Shown here one piece after another: positions 39,101 through 48,999 of a DNA stretch of 64,000 bases. A program made the position numbers and the translations under genes. The notes under the pieces were generated by a model, which was not told the origin of the DNA, ran no database searches, and was given only the letters and a program-made list of their open reading frames with translations. This stretch comes from Antedon mediterranea (lineage: Eukaryota > Animalia > Echinodermata). Positions within the stretch are counted from its first letter, which is position 1; every line of letters starts with the position of its first letter. The stretch is from contig NC_092676.1 of assembly GCF_964355755.1 (NCBI RefSeq), positions 18,990,871-19,054,870 on the forward strand. The letters are read 5' to 3'.

Positions 39101-42100
39101 TGCAAAGCCCAACGATCGAAACGTCTTGACTCATCGGTGCTGTCTGAGAAACGACACGAGTCGTCTTGCGATAGCGTCGGGCGTAGTTTTTAGGTCGTCA
39201 CGAGAATTGAACTTTACATTTTCTCCAGATGAGACGACACGTCGGGCCAAGTCACACGACGCTACCTCGAGTTGGTCTTTAAGTGTGAGTCTTGAAGTTG
39301 GTACAATGAGTAGCAAAATCCCATTATTATTCTATTCAGTATAATTCCAGAATGAAAAAAAAACTAACTTGGGAACACTATTTATTTAAGGTCCCCTTTG
39401 AGGAAACACTTAAATCCCAAAGAATGGTATCCCCCTTTTAAAAAAGATTTATTCATATTATACCGTACCGTGACCATTAAACATAAATAGTCCAATTATA
39501 TTGATTAGCAGCCCTACGGATCCGACACATGCTACCAGCACCGGATCGCTAACTTCTTCAACGTTAAAAATTCTCTGCAACGCTTCGATCAGAATATTGA
39601 AACACAATCCAAGAAGAAAGACGGCATTGACAAGTGCACCTAACACTTCAGACCTCACCCAACCAAACGTATTTTTATCTGTTTTTTTCCTTGATGACAT
39701 CTAAACGTAATAAACATTGACATGAGATTAATGATTATGACGTTTGCTACACACATAAATGTCCTGTTTCGAAGGGAGCTGCTTTGTTAAATAATAATAA
39801 CTCGTCTAATGAGTCGAACGACGCCGTCTTCCGTTCCCTGAATCGGAACAAGTATGAATCTGCTTTAAGATAGGCATAAGGCCTACATTCACGGTACGGA
39901 ACGACTTTATTTTTCCTGACGTGTTTTATTTTTCCGCAGACTACCAGACCTCAAATTTCACTCGGAAACCCGTTAACAGTTACTGTAGGCCCCTAATAAT
40001 ATATTCATAATCCATATTGATAAGATTTGCATGTAATATAAAATAAGGCTATTCTTTCCTGGTGTTTCAACAAGAGTATTGATAGTATTACATTATGTTC
40101 AGTTTACCTTTATTGCCACAAACGCTACCACCAGCGCCACAACATCCGAAAGCATGTGGAAAGAGTCAGCAATGAGAGCTATAGAACTTGTATAATATCC
40201 TACTGTAATCTCAATGGTAAAACTAGATTTGAACTCGTCACTACGGACGAGTTAGGTTATCCGCATCGCAAAACCCACGCGCATGACACCTAAGTTAGAA
40301 TATTGCGCGCAGAAAAACGATTATGCCATTGAAAAAATGTTAGTGAGCCCTCTATTGTGTGTCGCGTCTAAGTGTGTACGGTATACACTATATACTGTAT
40401 ACGTACTACATAAATAGGTGAAAATAAGTGACCAAAGTTATTGACGCATTTGAACATGATGACGTCATCAAAATTTTAAAAATGGTGAATCATGCGAAAG
40501 ATAATTGATTGATCTAGACAATATAAAAAAATTGAGTGAAATGGAATATGGATAAGTGGAGATGCGCTCTGTTAAATTTGACGAGCAAAGACGAAAGAGA
40601 AAAAAATCCTATATTTTATATTCGGGTGGCCATACGATGATGTCACAATGTCCGGTTAGCCATATCAATGCATGATTAAAGAAAAACAACTCATCTACTT
40701 CCAGAATATGTAATTTTAAAAAAGTTCACCACGTAGTTTAGAATTTATGACTGTTTAAAAAAAGGTCTAATTTTGACGATTTTTTGAAGTTTTTCATCAA
40801 AAACACGCGCAAATTATCCAATTCTACGTGCTTGTGTGACGTGATTTTAAGTCGAAATTGATTGAAAATTCATAAATTTACTAGAAAAGGCTGAAAAAAC
40901 AAAAATCAAGCAAAAAAAAGATGTTTTTGCGCTACGTGCGCACGCGCGCGTAAAAAAATTGCGCACGTGTGGGAATTTTTGAAATGCTCAAAATGACATG
41001 AAACGCATAGAAAGTTGATTAGAAATTGATTTTTCGCATTTTGAAATTTCAAACGCGCGTGCGCGCGTAACTTTTTGTGAAACATGCCATTTTTAATCCA
41101 TAGAAAGTTTGCGCATGATCTCACTTAAATTTTCACAAAGTTTCAATACAAAACAACTTTTAGTTTTTATTCTATGATCAATCATTGAAATTCATGAAAT
41201 CGCGCGTAACTTACGCTGCGCAACTCCAAAATCGTCCAAAAGCTTGGCTGCACATCTACAGCTATAGGTCAATCTTATGACAAAGTTATACAATCTTATG
41301 TTGGCCACAAGATAGAGATGTGCTGCGAACAAAATTCGGGGAAAGAAAGAAGAATAACATAGAAAAAAAAAAAAAAAAAACTAGATTTGAACTCGTCACT
41401 ACGGACGAGTTAGGTTATCCGCAGCGCAAAAGCCACGTGCACGTCATACGTTAGAATATTGCGCGCAGAAAAACGATTATTCCATTGAAAAAATGTTAGT
41501 GCGCTGATCATTTTACGTCACGTCTAAGTATATACGGTATACACTATATACTGTATACGTACTACATACAGTGCAGAATAGGTGAATATAAGTGACCAAA
41601 GTTATTGACGCTTTTGGACATGATGACGTCATCACAATTTTAAAAACGGTATATCATGCGAAAGATAATGGATTGACCTAGACAAAATAAAAAAATTGAG
41701 TGAAATGGAATACGGATAAGTGGAGATGCGCTCTATTAAATTTGACGAGCTATGACGAAAGAGAAAAAAATCCTGTATTTTATATTCGGGTGGCCATACG
41801 ATGACGTCACAATGTCCTGTTAGCCATATCAATGCATGATTCGAGAAAGGTAACTCATCTACTTCCAGAATATGTATTTAAAAATAAGTTCACCACGTAG
41901 TTTAGAATTTATGACTGTTTAAAAAAAGGTCTAAATTTGACGATTTTTTGAAGTTTTTCATCAAAATCACGCGCAAATTATCCAATTCTACGTGCTCGTG
42001 TGACGTGATTTTAAGTCGAAATTGATTGAAAATTTATAAATTTACTAGAAAAGGCTGAAAAAACAAAAATCAAGCAAAAAAAAAATGTTTTTGCGCTACG

Positions 42101-42706
42101 TGCGCACGCGCGCGTAAAAAAATTGCACACGCGTGGGAATTTTTGAAATGCTCAAAATGACATGAAACGCGTAGAAAGTTGATTAGAAATTGATTTTTCG
42201 CAATTTGAAATTTTAAACGCGCGTGCGCGCGTAACTTTCTGTGAAACATGCCATTTTTAATCCATAGAAAGTTTGCGCATAATATGACTTAAATTTTCAC
42301 AAGGTTTCAATACAAAATGACTTTTAGTTTTTATTCTATGATCAATCATTGAAATTCATGAAATTGCGCGTAACTTACGCTGCGCAACTCCAAAATCGTC
42401 CAAAAGCTTGGCTGCACATCTACAGCTATAGGTCAACCTTATGACAAAGTTATACAATCTTATGTTGGCCACAAGATAGAGATGTGCTGCGAACAAAATT
42501 CGGGGAAAGAAAGAAGAATAACATAGAAAAAAAAAAAAAAAAAAAAAAAAGATCCTGACAATAACAAGAGGTTATCCGCCAAGTGCGGATAACCAAAAAA
42601 AAAAAAAGATCCTGACAATAACAAGGGGTTATCCGCCAAGTGCGGATAACCAATAAATGAAACACAACGTCATCATACACAAGATTCGGCATATTTTTCC
42701 ATCCAT
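36119..42706 (-). CDS. SLC30A1: Zinc transporter ZnT1-like (SLC30A1/10 clade, CDF family); first coding exon split by a HINE insertion
   Basis: Segments: 42706-42651 (MDGKICRILCMMTLCFIY), 40222-40108 (FTIEITVGYYTSSIALIADSFHMLSDV), 39700-39469 (NTFGWVRSEVLGALVNAVFL), 38930-38769 (His-rich GHGHSHG loop), 38146-37961 (NMKGVFLHIMGDALAS), 37856-37774, 36966-36781 (HEFHVWQLSG..HSYTIQPEF), and 36319 onward (Cys-rich tail). The 3' end is uncertain: a donor near 36187 or a read-through stop at 36119. HxxxD in both TM2 and TM5 indicates a Zn-type site. Confidence 0.9.
36345..36592. repeat. 19-bp minisatellite (ATAGTACGAATACAAGAAC variants)
   Basis: About 12 alternating variants, in the ZnT intron just upstream of the 36319 acceptor. 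Confidence 0.85.
38506..38703. repeat. Imperfect (CAT)n/(ATG)n microsatellite in a ZnT intron
   Basis: Direct inspection; source of the spurious poly-H, poly-M and poly-D ORFs. Confidence 0.9.
39077..39279. mobile_element. MITE with TIR AGACCAACTCG
   Basis: AGACCAACTCG...CGAGTTGGTCT with TTA/TAA-like flanks. Confidence 0.55.
40223..42651 (-). mobile_element. HINE (Helentron-type non-autonomous element), copy A, inserted in the first coding exon of ZnT
   Basis: On the minus strand: 5' GGTTATCCGCACTTGGCGGATAACC palindrome and poly-T/CTT tract; 3' subTIR TGCGGATAACC, hairpin AACTCGTC-GACGAGTT, terminal CTAG, T-rich flanks. Copy A = 42651-42595 plus 41380-40223. Confidence 0.88.
41381..42594 (-). 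mobile_element. HINE copy B, same family, inserted in the poly-T tract of copy A
   Basis: Complete with both termini; highly similar but not identical to copy A; flanked by T runs on both sides. Confidence 0.88.
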
Positions 42707-42846
42707 TGTATAAAAGTATCACAATTGTATTCTAGGATAAAATAACGTCGATATTTCTCACTCTTATCAGTCCTAATAATGTGAATCCTCAGTACAAAAA
42801 AACAAAAATATATGATCCTGTATTTTATCTACTTCAAAGATCGCCG

Positions 42847-42905
42847 TTTTTATATCAGTCTTATAACACGTGTGCAAAACTTAATATTATAAGTTTTGCA
42901 CACGT
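42847..42905 (-). promoter_or_regulatory. ZnT promoter: TATA box and inverted pair of metal-response elements
   Basis: TATAAAAA on the minus strand at 42847-42854. The 16-bp inverted repeat ACGTGTGCAAAACTTA / TAAGTTTTGCACACGT (42868-42905) carries the MRE core TGCACAC (TGCRCNC) in each arm. Confidence 0.6.
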
Positions 42906-43336
42906 ACTAATCAGCGAACGCTACAGGTCTACTACAATATACACAATATGGTCTCGATGACTGATTTCGAAGTGTGTAGAGTGACTGTGCGTAAAGATAA
43001 CCTGCAATCTTGAAAGTCAATCACTGTACGTTTGTACTAACATTTTATAACTATCATCATTGTAACAGTAATCGTTAATTATAGTATAGTATTAATTAGG
43101 TAGGTAGGTCGACCAATAGCTGTTTCAATAACAATATATTTTTATTTGTTTTTGCTTGATTCATGCATTTGAATTGATTCACTTTAGGCAGCTTATATAA
43201 ACGGTTTAAAATGGAAAAATAGTAGTTAGGCGTATGTGCATAACAGAAGAAAAAAAAATACACGATCTTCTTTTCTTCAAAACAAATGAATTGCCTACAG
43301 TCTATCTTTGTCTTTCTTTTTTTTAAATCAAAACCT

Positions 43337-45936
43337 TTAGCCTATGGTTTTTTTATCTATCTATTTTCCCCCATATCTTTTCGGTAAATTTCGAGTCTTC
43401 AGCTCTTTATATGAACAATGGAAAGTCTTATAGAGCTATAAAATTATGACGTCAGCTAAAATAAGCCACAAACCACACGTCAGGCAGTAATTGCGCTGTG
43501 TTCTTGAGCGCGTATCGATGGTTTCCAAGAGCTGTCAATATAGTGTGGTTCCATTGGTTAGTTTCGTGCGTACAATAGAACGTCGCACCTATTGTTATGT
43601 TACGTCATAAAATATTCGAATATATCTAACGAACATTCCAAATTTGAAGTGAGAATTGTAAATTCTTTCAATCGGTGAACAGTGATTTTAAATTGCTCTT
43701 CATTAAAACGAAATAAAACGCTTTTACTGTACAAATTCAGTTTGGAAATACTATACATCTATTTCTTATTAAATTTGCTACATTTACATCGTCTGCTATG
43801 GCAAAGTTGATATTTAAAAGAAGATTTAATGCTTCTTTGGATGTAGCCCGGAATACGGTGAGACCAAATGAGTATCCCGCCGCTAAGTACGCTAGGTTCC
43901 TCCACCAAGTGGGGAATAAAAGGGCAAGAAACAGGGGGTGTCCCTATGTCAGAAAGAATGCTATTGCTAAGTCAACTTGTAAGTTACAAGAATTAGATAG
44001 GCCTACACTTAAAAAATCAGAAAAAAAATCAGCTAATAATATCAATAATTATTATGATTTAAATCAAGACGTTAACTGTATTATTAATAGGCCTACACCA
44101 TGTGAAGACCAAATAGTTTCTCCAAATACAAACTTAGTTACACCTATCATAATAAGTAGTAGGCCTAGGCCTAGTACTAGCAGTAGTAGTGCCGGTAGCA
44201 TTATGCCTGGTAGTAGTAACAGTAGTAGTGCCGGTAGTAGCCCTATGCCTGCTAGTAGTAGCAGTAGTAGTGGCACCTTAACTAGTAGTAGTAGTACTAG
44301 TAGTAGTAGTAGTAGCAGTAGCAGAAGCAGCAGCAGCAGTAGTAGTAGTAATAGTAGTAACAACAGTGATTGTAGTAGTAGCAGCAGTAGGCCTAGTAGT
44401 AGTAATGACAGTGATATGTCAATTAGTAGCAACAGTTGTGGTAGCATAGGAGAACATTCTAGTAGTAGGCCTAATAGCAGCACTGTTGTAGTAGTAGGCA
44501 ATGGTGATGTTTTGTTTCATTTCTCAGGTAGTGATAACAATTCTAACGATAATATTTCAAATGAAAACTATGAGCTTGAATCTAACAAAGAATATTTTAA
44601 TTCATTAATTGATCGTGAAAAAATATCTGAAAATCCATGGGCACAATTTGAATCACCATCAGTCAAAGATCATATGGTAGATTTTTTATGTAATATTCGA
44701 TCTGAACTCATTCGTTATGAATACATAATCGATTATGATATAGTTCATCGCAGCCTTACAATTTTAGAAAATGTACTAAACTGTTATAATACAGCATTTA
44801 AACTTGGAGATCTGGAGGAATTGGCAATTGCATCATTTTGCCTGGCATTGAAATGTGCTGAACGATACCAATCTAAACACATCATTCCTTATGCATGTGA
44901 TCGCCTTCAGAATCTTGGCTACTTTAATCCTAAAAAAATAGCACAAATAGAATTCAAAATATTACAAATAGTAAACTTTAATATCAATAGTGTCACGTGT
45001 CTTGATTTTGTTCATATTTATTGTGATATTGCTATCAGTAAAGCTACAACCAACAATAACAAACGAAGAATAGAAAGAGTGAGACACGAATCTGTAGAAT
45101 ATTTGATTATGAATAAAATATCTCTTACAACAGTAAAGCCATCCGCAATAGCATACTTAGTAATTAACGCCATTGTGGAGAAACTAGAAATAAGTAGAGA
45201 ACTATTTTTTTTGGGAGAATATTGAAGATAGGTGTTAAAATAAGTTTAAGACAGATTAAACATAAGTTTAAGACAACACAATATACGTTAAGACAAAATA
45301 AGGTGCTTAAGATAAAGTTGTATAATATACTAAATATTGTTTGCTAAGACGTAAATTAATGAGAACCAATTTATATAAAATGTAGATGGATTAAAATGTA
45401 GAAATAAGAATTTTTAAATTATTTCAATATTTAAAAAATGTTTTTACTTAAATAAAAAGATGTTAATATAAAAAAATATTATTATCATAAAAGAATACGG
45501 AATGATAAATGATAATAATCAGAATATGCCTAGTGAATGTAAATAGATTATAATGATAATAATGATTAAAATAAGATAGTTGTTAAAGTAATATTTCTTT
45601 CTCAGTTAATTTAAGTTGTTGAGCAATACAAAAAATGGAATAGTTAAGATAATGTAAAAATAGGTTAGTAAGAAATACAAATTAAAATCATTAAAATAGA
45701 TTATCATTGTAGTGTTAATAATAAGTAATTTTTAACAATTTTTCTTTGGTTAAGTTATTGAGCTTTAGTAGTAAGAGGAACAAAAAAAGAACAAAAAAAA
45801 AAAACATCCCAGTCTGAAGTCGGAGATGCTACCTCATCGTGGTAGACTGGTGTCAACATCATTGGTGAAACATGGTACCAGTGATGGCTAACAGCATCAC
45901 GCATTTTTGCCGAAAAGCGATGTGATTTCATCTACT
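43337..45936 (+). mobile_element. Putative decayed Helentron-like element enclosing the cyclin ORF
   Basis: 3' end: GTGATGGCTAAC (subTIR-like), imperfect hairpin ATCACGCATTTTTGCCGAAAAGCGATGTGAT, then TTCATCTAC (CTAG-like). 5' end: TTAGCCTATGGTTTT plus a pyrimidine tract, which could be a collapsed subTIR palindrome. Boundaries are tentative. Confidence 0.4.
43798..45225 (+). CDS. Intronless, highly divergent cyclin-fold protein with a poly-Ser linker (475 aa)
   Basis: Cyclin-box correspondences: VKDHMVDFL (cf. MRAILVDWL), LEELAIASFCLALKCAE (conserved K..E), IAQIEFKILQIVNFNINSVTCLDFV (E..IL..L.F.L..PT..DF), and VKPSAIA (the PS.IA motif of the second box). TGACGTCA and TTACGTCA motifs lie upstream. 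Confidence 0.8.
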   Translation: MAKLIFKRRFNASLDVARNTVRPNEYPAAKYARFLHQVGNKRARNRGCPYVRKNAIAKSTCKLQELDRPTLKKSEKKSANNINNYYDLNQDVNCIINRPTPCEDQIVSPNTNLVTPIIISSRPRPSTSSSSAGSIMPGSSNSSSAGSSPMPASSSSSSGTLTSSSSTSSSSSSSSRSSSSSSSSNSSNNSDCSSSSSRPSSSNDSDMSISSNSCGSIGEHSSSRPNSSTVVVVGNGDVLFHFSGSDNNSNDNISNENYELESNKEYFNSLIDREKISENPWAQFESPSVKDHMVDFLCNIRSELIRYEYIIDYDIVHRSLTILENVLNCYNTAFKLGDLEELAIASFCLALKCAERYQSKHIIPYACDRLQNLGYFNPKKIAQIEFKILQIVNFNINSVTCLDFVHIYCDIAISKATTNNNKRRIERVRHESVEYLIMNKISLTTVKPSAIAYLVINAIVEKLEISRELFFLGEY

Positions 45937-46371
45937 ATAATAGTAGGCCACAGAATGAATGGTTTTTTAGTATTTTCGTAACTTTTCGTTTTTGTAATTA
46001 CCTGTATTTTGTATTAAAAAAAACCGGTATACATTACTAAAACCAGAGAAATCTTCCCTGGTACAACGAAGAAACCACTAGTGGTACCTATTAGAAAGCC
46101 TACTTTACCTCAAACAGTATATGATGATCCTTATTTATTTGAATGTTAACTTTTGTAACTACTGTGACGACACACGTTAAAAACACATTAAAGATAATCT
46201 TAATTATGAAAACTAATTAATAAATCTGATCTGAAACTGATTTAAATTGCATATAATAATATTGCAGTTCAAATTTGATTTTTCTTTTGTAATGATGTTG
46301 AGAATAGACATAATGTCAATTATTGTCTAAATTATAACGTCTATAGGCTAACCGCGTTTGACCGACTATTA

Positions 46372-47268
46372 TCATTGCTTTTCTGCACGCAGGCGAAGCG
46401 CGTACATTTTCTCATAATACGGCATAGATGCGTCAACACATACTTTTACATCTTCTGGTAGATCGGCTCGATCTGCTGCAGGAGAAGATTTGTAAAAATT
46501 CTGACTTGCAAAAGCGTCAGCAAAATAACCACATAACTGGTTGCCTTGCATAAAAATTTCAGAAAACTTCCAATTCTTCACCACACCATCTCCCGCATTC
46601 CAACTCAACAGTTCGTCTTTATACTGAATACCTGTGTGTTTGCAAAACTGTTTTAAGATAAACTCAGGGTTTTCTAAAAGATCATCGGAATCTATGATCA
46701 TTGGGTTAGGCTCGATTCCAGTTTTTACAAGATGCTCGTAGAGTTGGACACTTTCCCCGAAAAAATAATTTTCTGGAAGCATATTATTTCCTTTGCTTTC
46801 CAACGAAAATTCAGTAGAATGTACCTTTCCCAATTTGTCCAATACTTTTTTCCAAGATGTAAACACTTTTATAGGATTTCGAATCAAGAATGCATGACGG
46901 TAGCCTTCTGGCAACATATGTAGCTTCCATGCGATACCGTATGCCATATCTTTGACAAATACAACTTTCTTGCCTTGATATTCGGCCTCCAGAAGATTCT
47001 CTTTTGTAAACTTGTATGTCGCCTTGTTTGTATCCCAACCAGCGTCAAATCCCAAGTCAACCTTAGTTGTTTTAGCTATAATTTTTTCTTCGTTTTCTGC
47101 GAAACTTTCTAATGGCTGCTTCATCTCTGGTCCAAAGATGTACGCGGACACGTATGGTTCATTTATGATTTGCACGTCATCAAGGTTACTCATGCATTTT
47201 TCAAATGCAGTTGACACCGTACGAGGAATGCACCAAAGAATAACACGAACTTGCTTGTTATCAGCCAT
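46372..47268 (-). CDS. Sulfotransferase-like P-loop protein (family often annotated as branched-chain amino acid aminotransferase-like), single coding exon
   Basis: Starts MADNKQ at 47268. Motifs RVILWCIPRTVSTAFEK, INEPY, VFVKDMAY, HAFLIRNP, IIDSDDLLENP, LLSW and PYYEKMY. A CAG acceptor sits just upstream of the ATG. Confidence 0.85.
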   Translation of the reverse strand: MADNKQVRVILWCIPRTVSTAFEKCMSNLDDVQIINEPYVSAYIFGPEMKQPLESFAENEEKIIAKTTKVDLGFDAGWDTNKATYKFTKENLLEAEYQGKKVVFVKDMAYGIAWKLHMLPEGYRHAFLIRNPIKVFTSWKKVLDKLGKVHSTEFSLESKGNNMLPENYFFGESVQLYEHLVKTGIEPNPMIIDSDDLLENPEFILKQFCKHTGIQYKDELLSWNAGDGVVKNWKFSEIFMQGNQLCGYFADAFASQNFYKSSPAADRADLPEDVKVCVDASMPYYEKMYALRLRAEKQ

Positions 47269-47864
47269 GTTGTATCTGTAACATACAATGAAACACAGTA
47301 GTACTAGCAGGCCTAATCGTTTGGTGGTGTCGAAATCCTTGCGTAAGAAAAATAATAATATCATAGTAAATAAAACAATTATATTACCTGTATTCTGTGC
47401 TCAATTATTAAGTATCTTGAATAAAAGTTAGAAATTAGAATAGGGCTATAGGCCTACAACTTCCCGGCTACTCACCTATATTTTTTATTGGGATATTGGC
47501 TTAATACCAGATAAAAGTAAGTAAATCAACAAAGTCAAACACACACACACACACACCCGAATGAACTTAAGACTTAATAGATACGCAATCAGCCAATTAG
47601 GTATACCAATATCCAATGTGATGATAAAATAACAGATAACATCCATGATTTTTTTAATGATAATTTTTATTTGAATCTTCACTTTTTAAACTACACGATA
47701 ACACGATAAAAACAGGAATTCAACCAATTAAAGATAATCTTAATAATAATTCAATTTATTTATCATGCTTTTAATTACATACAATTACACAAACATTATT
47801 ACTTTTGTACGACATAATGTCTACCATAATGTAGGCCTATTATAATGTCTAGTCAAACAAGACT

Positions 47865-47950
47865 AATATTGCTTTTCTGGAAGCAGAAAATACACGTAGG
47901 CTTACAGACGTGTATACGGCATTGATGCGCCAGCAGATGTTCTTGCAGAT
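47865..47950 (-). pseudogene. Decayed 3' fragment of a paralog of the sulfotransferase-like gene
   Basis: ATTGCTTTTCTG...ATACGGCATTGATGCG matches 46374-46432 (ATTGCTTTTCTG...ATACGGCATAGATGCG). Confidence 0.45.
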
Positions 47951-48409
47951 GGCATGGTGGGTTTTAAGTGGAAGATTGAAACATTGAATTATTCGTATTT
48001 GTTCTTTATTATTTTATAGGTCTACGGTAAAATGTGTTTTTCCGATTGATAGGTCTTTCGGTGAAAGTATACACATTCTTAATTATCTTAAAATGTTAAA
48101 AACCTTTTTCTATTAAAGTAAAGTTGAGAATGTCTCGGAAGTTTTTTTGTTTTTAGAAGAAACGCATGATATCATGGTTCTTCCATGGCATTACTCTGTC
48201 AGAGCCATACAAAAATATGGCTCTGTACTCTGTTTATATATAGCGCCCTCTATTACATACTTCTTCTTGTTGTTGTTGCGCGGTTTCTTTAAAACTTTTC
48301 AGACGACACGCGCGACTATAAACTCTATCCTCACACACCAACACCACGCACTCATTCTAACAACATTTTTAGGTGTATAAATAAATATTCTGCTTCTTTA
48401 ATAAGGTAA

Positions 48410-48912
48410 GCGTAGCTAAGCCTAGGTTAGACCAAACTAGCCTAGCCTACTTGCGAACAACACCAATAATGTAATTCAACAACGAAACTGTAGGCCTACT
48501 AGGCTAGGCTAGCCTAGCCTACTAGCTAGGCCTAGTAGGCTAGGCTAGCCCTAGCTAGCCTACTAGAGTAGTAGGGCCAGGCCTACTACTAGCCTAGGCC
48601 TAGCCTAGCTAGACTACTAGGCTAGAGGATAGCCTAGCTAGCCTCCTACGCTTGGCCTCTACCAACGAACCATTCCATCCATTATTATAAAGGCCAGAGG
48701 AGTGGGCTCCAGCGCTAGGCCTAGCCTAGCTAGCCTATATAGCTAGGTAGGCTAGACTATTTTATTGGGCTACTCTACGACGGTAGGCCTACTACTACTA
48801 GTAGGCCAGCAGGGGGCCTATGGTTACTACTGTACTAGTAGGCCTAGGTAAGGTTACTTTTTTTACTACTAGGCCTATAGGGCTAGGGCCTAGCTAGGCT
48901 AGCTCGAAGGCT
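48410..48912. repeat. CTAG/TAGGCCTA low-complexity block in the probable first (5' UTR) intron of HORMAD
   Basis: Scrambled palindromic units lying between the donor AAG|GTAAGC (48406) and the acceptor TTCAG (about 48935). Confidence 0.8.
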
Positions 48913-48999
48913 AAACAAATCTGCTTCTTTTTCAGAAATATTTTGGTAACAACTTACTCAAGCCATACTGTGTGTGGGTTGTGTGAATCTCTCTCTAGA

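Noticed and set aside
44064-44501. Poly-Leu membrane-protein-like ORF on the minus strand
   Set aside because: Antisense shadow of the (AGT/AGC)n serine tract.
47269-47364. Hydrophobic N-terminal extension (signal-anchor-like) of the sulfotransferase-like ORF
   Set aside because: It resembles intron sequence ending in a CAG acceptor just before ATG 47268. It cannot be fully excluded without transcript data.
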